A stretch of DNA of 52,671 nucleotides from Candidatus Pacebacteria bacterium CG10_big_fil_rev_8_21_14_0_10_56_10 (GCA_002772645.1 PFDK01000009.1:1-52671), one strand, 5' to 3'. Numbered from the stretch's first letter, positions 1 through 9,206 are shown. Notes: generated by a model not told the origin, from the sequence alone. Numbers and translations: made by a program.

Positions 1-1
1 C

Positions 2-1006
2 GGCCTGCTGTTGCTCACCGGCTTGTTGATCAGCGCCGGCCGCTCTCTGTACCGGACCATGGAGCTGTTCCAGCGGACTATCATTTTCACCGGCCTGCCG
101 CTAATACTGGTACTGACTGCTTGGCTGACCACCAAAGCGGACTGGATCGAGTTGGGGTGGGGACTGATCGGCCGCGGCGACGGCTACTGGTTTTTTCCCG
201 AGGGCCTGGCGCTGGCGGCTTTTCTGGGCGCTTTTGCTTTCGCCGGCGCCGGCGGCAATCTCAACCTGGCCCAGTCGTACTACATCCGCGAGAAAGGTTT
301 AGGCATGGGCCGCTACATGGACAAAATCACCTCGATTTTCCGCGGCGGCGGCCAGGCCGCTCATCTCGAGGGGAAGACCTTCGCCCAGACCGCCCACAAC
401 CGGCGGCGTTGGCGGCAGTGGTGGCGGCTGGTCAATCTTGAACACTTTTTGGTGTTCTGGTTGTTGGGCTTCATTACCATCGTGGTGCTGGCTATCCTGG
501 CCAAGGTCACCGTCTTCGGCCAGGGCCTGGAGCAGGGCCTGTCCTTCCTGTTCGTCGAAGGGACGGTCATCGGTCAGCGCACCACTCCTTTCTTAGGCAC
601 CCTCTTTCTGCTGGTAGCCGCCTTGATGCTGTTCTCGACGCAAGTGGGCGTCCTCGAGTCGGCCTCGCGGATCATTTCCGAAAACGTTCTGCTGATGTTC
701 TACCGGCCCGGCCAGCGCCGGCAGGTCAACGCCTCGCTGTGGTTTTACGCCGCTCTGTGGGGCCAGATCAGCCTGGGGATCGTCATTTTACTGCTGGGCT
801 TCCAGGAACCGCGCTTCCTGCTGACGCTGACCGCCGTCCTCAACGCCGCCGCCATGATGACGGCCTTCCCTCTGCTGTACTGGCTCAACACCCGCCGCCT
901 CAAACCAGAGTACCAGCCCGGCACTTTCCGCAAGCTGGCCATGGCCACCGCCTTTGGCTTTTTTGTGTTCTTTTTGGTGATTACCCTCCGAAACTTCCAG
1001 GTGTAG
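2..1006 (+). CDS. Integral membrane protein, Nramp-like transporter family, C-terminal part (5' end upstream of window)
   Basis: Frame open from base 2; multiple hydrophobic helices; AGAGGNLNLAQSYYIREKG resembles the Nramp TM6 region. Confidence 0.4.
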   Translation, partial: GLLLLTGLLISAGRSLYRTMELFQRTIIFTGLPLILVLTAWLTTKADWIELGWGLIGRGDGYWFFPEGLALAAFLGAFAFAGAGGNLNLAQSYYIREKGLGMGRYMDKITSIFRGGGQAAHLEGKTFAQTAHNRRRWRQWWRLVNLEHFLVFWLLGFITIVVLAILAKVTVFGQGLEQGLSFLFVEGTVIGQRTTPFLGTLFLLVAALMLFSTQVGVLESASRIISENVLLMFYRPGQRRQVNASLWFYAALWGQISLGIVILLLGFQEPRFLLTLTAVLNAAAMMTAFPLLYWLNTRRLKPEYQPGTFRKLAMATAFGFFVFFLVITLRNFQV

Positions 1007-1077
1007 CCGGCTGGTGCGACGCGCGTTGCCGGCGAGCGACCGCGAATACAGTCGATAGAGTAGTAGTGATTAGTACC

Positions 1078-1236
1078 TGACTTTTCTTTCCAGTTGGCAT
1101 TATTTTACTTTCTTGGCACATCTAAAAAACTCACTTTAAGCGAGTGGGCCAAAACGGCCCACTTTCGGCCCACTAATGGCCCACGGAAAGCGTCGCCAAA
1201 AAAAACACCCCCAAAGAAATTACTCCCTAGGGGAAG
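1078..1236 (+). repeat. GGCCCAC-iteron MITE-like element, copy 1 (left part only; internal deletion near left end, right end replaced by TA cassette)
   Basis: CTTTCCAGTTGGCA..TTCTTGGCACATCTAAAAAACTCAC, hairpin GTGGGCC-AAAAC-GGCCCAC, 2 further GGCCCAC units, ..CAAAGAAATTACTCCCTAGGGGA; collinear with copies 5 and 7. Confidence 0.85.
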
Positions 1237-1256
1237 GTCAAACTGATCTCGTCGTG

Positions 1257-1391
1257 ATGCGAGACATGGATATGCCTGTCTTTAGGATGAGTGTTCAAAC
1301 AGAGGAAACTGCTCTCCAGGCTCTGGAGGAACACCGAAAGGGCAAAACTACAGAGATTAAAGATATTGATGAATTTCTGGCTGATCTATGA
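1257..1391 (+). CDS. Putative small antitoxin of RelE-like module (start uncertain; longer ORF from 1176 reads through the repeat)
   Basis: AT-rich ORF whose stop overlaps the toxin start (ATGA at 1388); acidic C-terminus; no recognisable family motif. Confidence 0.4.
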   Translation: MRDMDMPVFRMSVQTEETALQALEEHRKGKTTEIKDIDEFLADL

Positions 1392-1696
1392 AGTTGGTTT
1401 ATTCTGATCATTTCAAAAAGAGGTTAAAAAAAAGACTGAGTAAGAACTCGTCTCTAAAGCAAAAAGTTGGGAAACAGCTTAAATTACTTGTTTCAAATAT
1501 CCAGCATCCTTCACCCAAGACTCATAAACTCAAAGGAAACGGGTCTAAAGAATATGCAATTTGGATTGAAGGAGATCTGAGAGTAACTTTTCTACTAATT
1601 GAAGATACCATATTGTTGTCCGGCGGCACTTTGGCGACATCATTCGGCGAACCCATACGGGTAAAGAACACTTCATTGTCGAGAAAGATGGCCTAG
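1388..1696 (+). pseudogene. RelE/YafQ-family mRNA-interferase toxin, C-terminally truncated at ~1620 and fused out of frame to a phd remnant
   Basis: HFKKRLKK..KTHKLKG..EYAIWIEGDLRVTFLLIEDTILL matches RelE/YafQ layout; the last ~10-15 residues are missing; abrupt AT-to-GC composition switch at ~1620. Confidence 0.55.
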
Positions 1697-1905
1697 CGCT
1701 GGCCGCTCTCATCTCGATTACTGACTACGAGGAACTGATGCGAGAGCGACAAGATCGTGAGCGGCGCCTAAAGCGCTTTGCTCAGATCAACAAAGCTTTC
1801 AGCGACGAAGCTAAGCGCCTCTGCATCAGCGAAGAAGACATGATGGCTGAACTGGAGAAGACAAAGGAGCGGGTTTTCCAGGAACAGTATGGCGACGACC
1901 GCTAG
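1603..1905 (+). pseudogene. Phd/YefM-family antitoxin, 5'-truncated remnant
   Basis: Translates to FGDIIRRTHTGKEHFIVEKDGLALAALISITDYEELMRER..; no start codon; the first ~12-15 codons are missing. Confidence 0.55.
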
Positions 1906-2017
1906 TGCCAACAGTCGCCGGGAAGCGGTGCTATAATCACGGCACTTGACTGAACTTCTCAACTCGTCGGGGTCTGAAGTGACGCCTGGTCCCACTCAAG
2001 AACAACTCTAATCAACC

Positions 2018-2677
2018 ATGGCCGCCGACCCAGCCCCGCCCGTCCTGTTCGACATCGACGACACCTTGCTCGACACCGGCCGGTTTTTCCGGCAAGTCCT
2101 CTGGCCGCTACTGTCCGGCTTGCTCGATATCTCCCTCGGCGAGCTCGATGACTCCGCCCGGCTCTACTTTGACCGACTAAGCAGTCCCTCAGACTTTCAT
2201 CCCCTGGAACTGCTCGCCCACCTGGCCACCATCTACCAGATCGAGCTGGACCGCCTCCGGGAAGTGGTCTTTGTGCCCGACAATGTCGAGCGTTGCCGCT
2301 TTGAAGACGTCCTGCCGGCTATGGACCAGCTGGCCGGTTCGACCCGGCTCGGCATTTACTCCGAGGGTGTCCGCCAAGACTGGCAGCAGTTCAAGCTGGA
2401 GAGCTTAGGGGTGATGGACTGGCTGCAGCCTGATCTGATCTTTATTGAAATGCGCAAGTTGAGACCGGAAGTGGTGGCCCAGCTGCCTCCGGGAGTGCTG
2501 ATAGTCGACGATAAGCGCTCAGTAGTCACCACCCTGGCCAGGTCAGGCCGCGTCCAGCCAGTGCTGATCGACCGCTCGCGCGGGGGAGGAGCGCCGACCG
2601 CCGAGCAACCGGCCGTACCGGTTATCACCACTCTGGCCGAACTGCCGGAGCTGATCGCTCGGCTACACCACCAGTAA
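2018..2677 (+). CDS. HAD-superfamily hydrolase
   Basis: N-terminal DxD motif VLFDIDDTLLDT; late IVDD motif. Confidence 0.65.
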   Translation: MAADPAPPVLFDIDDTLLDTGRFFRQVLWPLLSGLLDISLGELDDSARLYFDRLSSPSDFHPLELLAHLATIYQIELDRLREVVFVPDNVERCRFEDVLPAMDQLAGSTRLGIYSEGVRQDWQQFKLESLGVMDWLQPDLIFIEMRKLRPEVVAQLPPGVLIVDDKRSVVTTLARSGRVQPVLIDRSRGGGAPTAEQPAVPVITTLAELPELIARLHHQ

Positions 2678-3286
2678 ACCGACGATCAAGTTGACCACTG
2701 GCAGGATCAAACTGGCCACGGGCGAGCGCCCGCCCAACGGCAGGATGAGCAGGATCAGCACTAAAATCCCGTAACGCGACATGAAGCGCTCGTACTCGAG
2801 GGCGGTCCCAGCCGGCAGCAGCGCCAGCAGGATCTTACTGCCATCGAGCGGGTAGACGGGCACCAGGTTAAACACCGCCAGCACGATGTTGATCAGCAGC
2901 AGCTGGAACAGCCCGCCGCTTAGCCAGGGAATGACGTTGAAGTTGATCATCAGGCTCAAGCCGATAGCCAGCGCCACGTTGGTCATCGGCCCGGCCAGAG
3001 CAATCAGCGCCGTGTCGCGGACCGGCTCCTTGAGGTTGTACGGGTCAAACTGGACAGGCCGCCCCCAGCCAAAGTTAGTCAGGAAGATGGCCAGCGTTCC
3101 CAGCGGGTCCAGGTGCGACAGCGGATTGAGGGTGACGCGTCCCTGGTAGCGGGGGGTGGGATCGCCCAGCTTGTCGGCCGCCCAGGCATGAGCGAACTCG
3201 TGAAAGGCGATCGACAACAGCAGTCCCGGGAAAATAATAGCAAAAGCGATTGGATTGGCGCTCAACAAAGCCAGCATGGACGTCAT
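2663..3286 (-). CDS. Site-2 protease family (peptidase M50) membrane metalloprotease
   Basis: HEFAHAW (HExxH) and NLVPVYPLDGSKIL motifs; start moved to ATG 3286 because the tracked ORF extends over the pilin gene. Confidence 0.75.
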   Translation of the reverse strand: MTSMLALLSANPIAFAIIFPGLLLSIAFHEFAHAWAADKLGDPTPRYQGRVTLNPLSHLDPLGTLAIFLTNFGWGRPVQFDPYNLKEPVRDTALIALAGPMTNVALAIGLSLMINFNVIPWLSGGLFQLLLINIVLAVFNLVPVYPLDGSKILLALLPAGTALEYERFMSRYGILVLILLILPLGGRSPVASLILPVVNLIVGLLVV

Positions 3287-3350
3287 TATACCGTGATGGC
3301 GTCTCGGCAGGTGTCGGCTCGGCGGCACCGGCCGACCGCAGTCGCCTTGC

Positions 3351-3890
3351 GTGCGGTTTTGTAAACGTGGTACGCTCTGGTTGGTGAAGAAAAAACAACG
3401 GCCATACCCGCTGCCGCGGCCGCTGCCGCGTTTACCAAAATCAACAGGTTTTACTTTGATTGAGCTGTTGGTAGTCATTGCCATTATCGCTATCCTAGTG
3501 GCGATCGGCATCACCGCTTTCAGCTCAGCCCAGCAGGCCGCCCGCAACGTCAAGCGGCGTGCCGATGTCCAGGGCCTGGCCAAGGCATTTGAGCAGTACA
3601 ACCTAGCCAACGGCGGCTACTCACGAGTGTCCGGCGAAGGATACCAAGGTTGTATGGGCATGATCCACGATCAGATTGGCCACGAACGGGAAAGCGAGAT
3701 AGCCCAGGACCCGACCACAAACGGGGTGTACCCGATGGCATGTTTTACTACCAACTTCTGCGTCTGCGCGGTGCTTGAACCTCAGGGAACGAGCACTGAC
3801 GGCAATGCTACCGGTGTCAATACTTCTACCGGCGCTTGCAACTTTGCCAGCGGCGGCGGCACCAATTTCTGCGTCAGCTCTAAGTTGTAA
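3351..3890 (+). CDS. Type IV pilin-like protein (prepilin N-terminal cleavage/methylation domain); true start probably TTG 3381 or GTG 3384
   Basis: G/FTLIELLVVIAIIAILVAIG class III signal; Cys-containing C-terminal domain. Confidence 0.8.
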   Translation: MRFCKRGTLWLVKKKQRPYPLPRPLPRLPKSTGFTLIELLVVIAIIAILVAIGITAFSSAQQAARNVKRRADVQGLAKAFEQYNLANGGYSRVSGEGYQGCMGMIHDQIGHERESEIAQDPTTNGVYPMACFTTNFCVCAVLEPQGTSTDGNATGVNTSTGACNFASGGGTNFCVSSKL

Positions 3891-3985
3891 AGTTGAGGGT
3901 TGGCGAAAAAGCGTGCTGTTCGGGTGCTGTTTTTATTGAGTTTCTCTCGACTGAGCATATTGACAAAAAGGGTACAATTACTTAC

Positions 3986-4276
3986 ATGCCTCAGGTCGAA
4001 TACATGATTCCAGTATCTATTATTAAAGAAGGAGATAGCTTTGTCGCCTATTCTCCTGCCATTGATATTTCTACGGTTGGAGATACTTTCGAAGAGGCTC
4101 AAAAGATGTTTGGAGAAGCATCCCAATTGTTTTTCGAAGAAATAATGGAGAAGGGAACAACTGAAGAGGCTTTACTGGAACTTGGTTGGCAAAAGAATGA
4201 AGAAAGTTTTTTCCCACCAACAGTAGTAAGTCATGACTTAATGTCTATTTTAGTTGCCAACCGAGCATATGCCTAA
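3986..4276 (+). CDS. hicB: HicB-family antitoxin
   Basis: IPVSIIKEGDSFVAYSPAIDISTVGDTFEEAQKMFGEA fits the HicB/UPF0150 N-terminal fold; AT-rich; overlaps hicA start. Confidence 0.65.
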   Translation: MPQVEYMIPVSIIKEGDSFVAYSPAIDISTVGDTFEEAQKMFGEASQLFFEEIMEKGTTEEALLELGWQKNEESFFPPTVVSHDLMSILVANRAYA

Positions 4277-4502
4277 GATTTCTCGGGTAAAATGGCAGAC
4301 ATTTGAAAAATTTTTATTACATGTTGGATGCGTTTTAAAAAAGCAAAGGGGCAGTCATCGCGTTTACTGGAGAGCAGATTTAAATCGTCCAATTGTTTTA
4401 CCAAAGTACAAGGAACTACCTGTTTTTGTTATTAGAAATAATTTAAGAACACTTGGAATAAGTCACAACGAATACTTAGAAATGCTTAATCAGATTAGCT
4501 AA
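4269..4502 (+). CDS. hicA: HicA-family mRNA-interferase toxin
   Basis: FEKFLLHVGCVLKKQRGSHRVYW..PIVLPKYKELPVFVIRNNLRTLGIS, the typical HicA pattern. Confidence 0.7.
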   Translation: MPKISRVKWQTFEKFLLHVGCVLKKQRGSHRVYWRADLNRPIVLPKYKELPVFVIRNNLRTLGISHNEYLEMLNQIS

Positions 4503-4552
4503 TCTCTCTTTCATCGGTGGCACCGGCCCACAGCGTGGTAAAATACAGCCCC

Positions 4553-4798
4553 ATGCCGAAATTCGCCGTCAAGTACCCGCGCAGCTCCCACGTAGGCCAC
4601 AACGTCTCTCACGCCAAGAACCGGACCAAGCGACGCTTCAAGTACAACCTCCACACCGTCACCATCATGGTCGATGGCACCAAGCAGCGGCTACGCGTGC
4701 CGACCAAAGTCCTGCGCCAGCTCAAAAAAGAGGGTATTACCACTCACTGGCGTCTTCAACCGCGCGATCATACTCCAGCAGCCGGTCCCAGAGCGTAG
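4553..4798 (+). CDS. rpmB: 50S ribosomal protein L28
   Basis: GHNVSHAKNRTKRRFKYNLH..RLRVPTKVLRQLKK; start at MPKF. Confidence 0.85.
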   Translation: MPKFAVKYPRSSHVGHNVSHAKNRTKRRFKYNLHTVTIMVDGTKQRLRVPTKVLRQLKKEGITTHWRLQPRDHTPAAGPRA

Positions 4799-5105
4799 GA
4801 TCAGCCTCGGCGAACTGGGCCAGGATCGGATATTTTTCCGCCAGCCGCGCCTCCAGGTATTGCCTTTCCAGTTCTGCTTGCTGCTCTACAGCGATTTGTT
4901 GCGGGGTTTTGGCCGGCGGTTCTGACTCCGTCGCCGGCTCCTGTGTGGTGGTGGCGACCTCAGTTGAAGGTCGCTCGAGGTTGCGCAGGGCGTGCCGGAC
5001 AACATCACTTATCGACGAGAAGTGGCCGGCGGCCACCAGTTGCCGAACCTCCTCGACCAGACTTTCTGGCAGGATGACGTGCTGGCGAGTCAGCTTTGAT
5101 CGCAT
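4737..5105 (-). CDS. Ribbon-helix-helix (CopG/ParD-like) protein, orphan antitoxin/regulator
   Basis: LTRQHVILPESLVEEVRQLVAAGHFSSISDVVRHALRNL RHH signature; no partner toxin ORF. Confidence 0.6.
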   Translation of the reverse strand: MRSKLTRQHVILPESLVEEVRQLVAAGHFSSISDVVRHALRNLERPSTEVATTTQEPATESEPPAKTPQQIAVEQQAELERQYLEARLAEKYPILAQFAEADPTLWDRLLEYDRAVEDASEW

Positions 5106-5139
5106 AGTACCACTATTGATGTAGTATACCCTGTTTTTT

Positions 5140-5300
5140 TAGGACAATTAAGACCAAAAGTTTAGTTACGAAAAAGTCTAGTTATGCTTTTTTTGGGGCC
5201 AGTCTTTAGTGTGCCGAAAGTGTGCCTTTAGTGTGCCTTTTTGGCCCACGATTTGAAAACCTGATTTTTAAGATATCGAATTTTTTGAGGACATTTTTTT
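5140..5300 (-). repeat. GGCCCAC-iteron element, copy 2 (diverged variant using GTGTGCC units)
   Basis: TTTAGTGTGCC GAAAGTGTGCC TTTAGTGTGCC TTTTTGGCCCAC ..TTTTTAAGATATCGAA keeps the 11-bp register and module order. Confidence 0.6.
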
Positions 5301-5313
5301 AGCGGGGGTTGTT

Positions 5314-6297
5314 CTAAAGTTCTGTCAAAATTGCCTTGCTGAACTCAGCCCAGCGAACGGGCCGCCGGCCCTCCAGTTGAACTTCGTCGAGGACCAGTCG
5401 GGGGCCGCTGAGATGGGCCGTCAGCAGTTTTAGCCGCCCGCGCTTATGGCTGGTTTGGGACTGGCCGCCACCGCTCGCGCCGCCAGCGGCCAACGGCGCC
5501 ATTGTCCACACACCGGGAAAACCGGCCAGCGCCCGGATAGCGCGCTCCAGTCCCACCGCCGACAAATCCTCGGCGAGCGCTTCAGCCAGTGAGGGGCTGA
5601 CGGCGCCGGCCGGCAGCGGCCGGCCGGCCATGGCCATCTGCAGGCCGGTCCAAGTTACCCGGCCGTCCGAGCGCTGGAAGCGGCGGGCGTACGGAGTGGG
5701 GGAGCCGGCCGGCTGAGGTCGGGGGGACAGCTGGCCGGCCAAGTAGCGCGGCAGGTCGGCGATCACTTGCCGAGCGGCCAGCTGGTAGAGCCGCTCGTAG
5801 AGCGATTGCCGGGTGTCGGTGGCGGCTACACTCAGCCGGGACTGTGACAGGACGCGGCCGGTGTCGAAGCGCGGCGCCATCTCGATCAGAGTGACGCCGG
5901 TTTGGGACTGGCCGGCCAGCAAGGCCCACTCGGCCGGGTTGGCGCCCCGGTAGGCCGGTAGCAGGCTGAAGTGAAGATTGAGGGCGCCGCGCCGCGGCCA
6001 CTCTAACCAACCTGGTGAAAAAAGGCGGCCGTATCCGGCCGCCAGCAGAATATCGCTGACAGGTAATGGGCTGGACGCCAGCGCCGCCGCGTCCACCGCC
6101 TCTGGGGTGTAGACGGCTACCTCGTTCTGTTCGGCCAGCCGGTGGACCGGAGTGGCCGTCAGCTGTTGACGGCGGCCGGCCGGCCGAGGAGGAGTGGTGA
6201 TCACTCCCACCACTTCCAGGCGAGGCTGTTCCAGCAGCGCCTGGAGTATCAACCGAGAGTAGTGCTGAAATGAACCGGCGAAAACGATAGTCATCAC
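5314..6297 (-). CDS. fmt: Methionyl-tRNA formyltransferase
   Basis: NLHFSLLPAYRGANP motif; immediately downstream of def. Confidence 0.85.
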   Translation of the reverse strand: MMTIVFAGSFQHYSRLILQALLEQPRLEVVGVITTPPRPAGRRQQLTATPVHRLAEQNEVAVYTPEAVDAAALASSPLPVSDILLAAGYGRLFSPGWLEWPRRGALNLHFSLLPAYRGANPAEWALLAGQSQTGVTLIEMAPRFDTGRVLSQSRLSVAATDTRQSLYERLYQLAARQVIADLPRYLAGQLSPRPQPAGSPTPYARRFQRSDGRVTWTGLQMAMAGRPLPAGAVSPSLAEALAEDLSAVGLERAIRALAGFPGVWTMAPLAAGGASGGGQSQTSHKRGRLKLLTAHLSGPRLVLDEVQLEGRRPVRWAEFSKAILTEL

Positions 6298-6911
6298 TAC
6301 AGTACCTCGAGGATGCTCCGATCGACTAACTCCTCGAGCTGGTCGGTCTCGGGGTTGAGCTGGAACACCGGTAGGTCGTGCTCGAGGCTGTAGTCGGTAA
6401 ACAGCACCCCGTCCAGGTGGTCAAGCTCGTGTTGGAGAACGCGGGCCCGGAAGTCCTCGGCGCGCTGGCTCCGGTTGACCAGCCGGTCTGTCTCCAGCTG
6501 CTGGTACTCTAGCTCGATCCAGCTCCAGCGCGGCACCGGCCCGTACAGCTTAGGAACAGACAGACAGCCTTCGTAACGCGGCTCGTCCGGGCGGGGGCCG
6601 AAAGTGAGGTGGCTGGAGTGAGCCTTGATTCGCGGGTTGAGGTAAACGGTGGTGACGGTTCGGTGGGCGGCGGCCTCCAACTCCTCGAGCTCGCGGTCGG
6701 TGCCGGCCGGCAGTTGAGTAGCAAACAGCCGCCAACCTTGATTGACCTGCGGCCCGGCCAGGCCAACCCCCCGGGGCTGGCGCTGGCGCGCCAGGGTGTC
6801 GGCCAGCCCGTCCACCAGCCGGCGCAGTTTGGCGTCGGCCCGCTCGACCGGTTTGGCGGGTCGGCGCAGGCTGGGGTGAGGGGCGGTGACGATCCGCAGA
6901 GAACTGGCCAT
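6297..6911 (-). CDS. def: Peptide deformylase
   Basis: GVGLAGPQV, EGCLSVP and HELDHLDG motifs. Confidence 0.9.
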   Translation of the reverse strand: MASSLRIVTAPHPSLRRPAKPVERADAKLRRLVDGLADTLARQRQPRGVGLAGPQVNQGWRLFATQLPAGTDRELEELEAAAHRTVTTVYLNPRIKAHSSHLTFGPRPDEPRYEGCLSVPKLYGPVPRWSWIELEYQQLETDRLVNRSQRAEDFRARVLQHELDHLDGVLFTDYSLEHDLPVFQLNPETDQLEELVDRSILEVL

Positions 6912-6917
6912 GGTGAT

Positions 6918-9206
6918 CTAGGGGCCTATTGTACCGCTCAGCGACGCCGCCCGCTGTTGGGCCAGCTGATGGTCGCTCTTGAGGTTTTCTAAGATGTAGC
7001 GATACTGCTCGAGGGCGCGGCGGCGATCGTCGTCTGACCCTCCGTCGTCAGGCCGGCCGGCCGCGGCCCGGGCCTCGTAAGCCTGGCCCAGTTGAACCCG
7101 AGCGGCTTCGTAGTCGCTCTTCAGCTCGACTGCCAGCTCCAGTTGAGCGATGCCTTGATCAAGTTGGTCCTGCCGGAGGTACGCCAAGCCCAGGTTGAAG
7201 GGCAGAGTGGGATCGGTGGGCGAGAGTTGACGGGCAGTCTGGAGGGTGGTCACCGCCTGCTGAGCAAACTGGGGATCGACCGCCGCCAGGTTAAGAAAGA
7301 CGTCGGCCCGTGATTTATAGAAGTTGAGGTGGGCCGGGTTGAGTTCCAGGGCGGTGTTGCTGTTCTCAACAGCGAAGCGGGCAACCTCGGCGGCCGAGCT
7401 GGCCTGGTTCTGCTCAGCTAATGCCTTAGCGAAGCCGGCCAGAGCGCTGGCCAGCCGGTCGTAGTACAGCGCTTCTTGGGGAGAGCTGTCGATGGCAATC
7501 GCGAACGAGGTCAGGGATGCCTCCACTGCCCCCAGTCGTAGTTGGGCCTTGGCTTGAGCGTACACTCGGTCGGCCGTCCAGAACGTCACCAGCCGCTGCC
7601 AAAGCGCCGCCATGATCAACACTGTTATCAAGCTGAACATAACTTGCCGCCAGGAGCCGCCCCGAGAAGCGACGACGACGGAGCGCTCCTCTGCCAGGCC
7701 GGCGTTGAGCGGGTGGTCGCCCAGCGCCCAGACTGCCAGCATCCCGAAGTAGAGGAACATCAGCAGGCTGACCGTCACCGTCGAGAACCCGAAAAAGTTA
7801 CTCACGCTCAAGGCCGCTACTCCGCCCAGCAGAGCCGCCACCAGCCAGCGGTCGGCCTCGGCCAGCTGCCCGCCAGCCCGCTTGCCGCGACCGGTCACCA
7901 GCCGCCAGCCCAGCCAGCCGAAGCCGGTCAGTAGCCCCAAGTAGGCGGCCGTACCGACCGTGCCGGTAGTGGCCATCAAGTTGAGGAGCTCGTTGTGCGC
8001 TTTGTTGTACAGAAAGTTCCACTCCGACACCAAGTTGTGTTCCACCGGCCGGTCGCGGTAGTAGCTGTAGGCGAACGTCTCGACTCCGGAGCCAAACAGC
8101 GGGTAGCGTTTCCAGACATCAAGGGCGCCGCTCCAGACGATCCTGCGGATCTCGCCCGAGTCGGTACCGCCCAGTTCCAGCCGGTTAAGGGGCTGAGGGG
8201 CAGTCTCGGCCTCAGCAGTAGGGGAGGAGCCGCTTGAGGTTAGGCCGACCAGCGCCGGCAGGCTGCGATTAAACGGCGATCCCAGCAAGGCTATCAGCAC
8301 CGCCATCATCAGTCCGGCCGGCGCCACCAGCCGCCAGGTTTGCTGCCATCGCTTTTTGGTGATGACGGCCACCAGCCCCGCCCAGACCGCCATGCCTGCC
8401 GCCAGGCCCAGCAGTCCGGAACGCGACTCGGTCAACAGCAGGGCGATGGTCATCAGCCCCAGGGCGGTGACTGCGATGGCTTGGGTAGCGGTGGGCTTGT
8501 CAAGAGGCAAACGCCGGCTGCCCAGCGAAACTCCCAGCGAACCGGCTAGCGCCGCCGCTACCGGCAGGAGAGTGACTAGGTAGGCGGCTAGCCAGTTGGG
8601 TTGACCGAAAGTGCCGAAGATCCGGAAGCGGGGATTGGTCATCTCGCTCCAGCAATCGGTGGTAAAACTGCCGGAAATAAAGAGACAGCTGACAGCGTGG
8701 CCGAACTTCTCGGGGATGGCGAACAGGGCCGCCCCGCTGGCGGCAATCAAGCCGGTGACCAGCAGGGGCTTGAGGTGGCGACGATTGAAGTTGCTGACCA
8801 GCGCCGCCATCAGCAGGCTGTAGCTGAGGCTCGACATCAAGCCGCCGTGAAACCTCGAGTAGTAGCCGAACAGCGAGGTATGGGGATGGATCGACAGCAC
8901 TGTCGAGACGGCCTGGGTGAGCAGGAACAGCAGGAGCGGCAGGAACAACCAGTGGCCTCGCCAGATGAAGCGCCGCTCAGCGATGCTCCGCAACGCCCAC
9001 AGCCCGCCAATCAGGACGGTGAAGCCGTACACCAGCACCATTTTGTTGAACTCGAAGAGTTCGTCGTTAAACCAGGTGAAGGCGAACGGCACCGTGAACA
9101 CCATCAGGTGAAAGCTGACGACGACTGCCCGCTGGAGTCGTTCTCCCCAGGGAGTGGGGGTGAAATTGGCGGCGGACGCGGTGACTTTTCGAGCTTTTTT
9201 TGCCAT
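6918..9206 (-). CDS. O-antigen ligase (Wzy_C)-like polytopic membrane protein with C-terminal TPR repeats
   Basis: Many TM helices; TESRSGLLGLAAGMAVW Wzy_C-like block; TPR-like C-terminus; start set at MAKKARK. Confidence 0.65.
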   Translation of the reverse strand: MAKKARKVTASAANFTPTPWGERLQRAVVVSFHLMVFTVPFAFTWFNDELFEFNKMVLVYGFTVLIGGLWALRSIAERRFIWRGHWLFLPLLLFLLTQAVSTVLSIHPHTSLFGYYSRFHGGLMSSLSYSLLMAALVSNFNRRHLKPLLVTGLIAASGAALFAIPEKFGHAVSCLFISGSFTTDCWSEMTNPRFRIFGTFGQPNWLAAYLVTLLPVAAALAGSLGVSLGSRRLPLDKPTATQAIAVTALGLMTIALLLTESRSGLLGLAAGMAVWAGLVAVITKKRWQQTWRLVAPAGLMMAVLIALLGSPFNRSLPALVGLTSSGSSPTAEAETAPQPLNRLELGGTDSGEIRRIVWSGALDVWKRYPLFGSGVETFAYSYYRDRPVEHNLVSEWNFLYNKAHNELLNLMATTGTVGTAAYLGLLTGFGWLGWRLVTGRGKRAGGQLAEADRWLVAALLGGVAALSVSNFFGFSTVTVSLLMFLYFGMLAVWALGDHPLNAGLAEERSVVVASRGGSWRQVMFSLITVLIMAALWQRLVTFWTADRVYAQAKAQLRLGAVEASLTSFAIAIDSSPQEALYYDRLASALAGFAKALAEQNQASSAAEVARFAVENSNTALELNPAHLNFYKSRADVFLNLAAVDPQFAQQAVTTLQTARQLSPTDPTLPFNLGLAYLRQDQLDQGIAQLELAVELKSDYEAARVQLGQAYEARAAAGRPDDGGSDDDRRRALEQYRYILENLKSDHQLAQQRAASLSGTIGP

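Noticed and set aside
1176-1256. N-terminal extension MAHGKRRQKKHPQRNYSLGEGQ.. of the ORF at 1176
   Set aside because: This part is translated from the repeat element itself. The equivalent frame is closed in other copies, so the start was moved to 1257.
3287-3610. 108-codon N-terminal extension of the M50 protease ORF (tracked as 2663-3610)
   Set aside because: The extension overlaps the divergent pilin gene and is Arg/Gly-rich. The conserved protein begins at MTSMLALL (ATG 3286).
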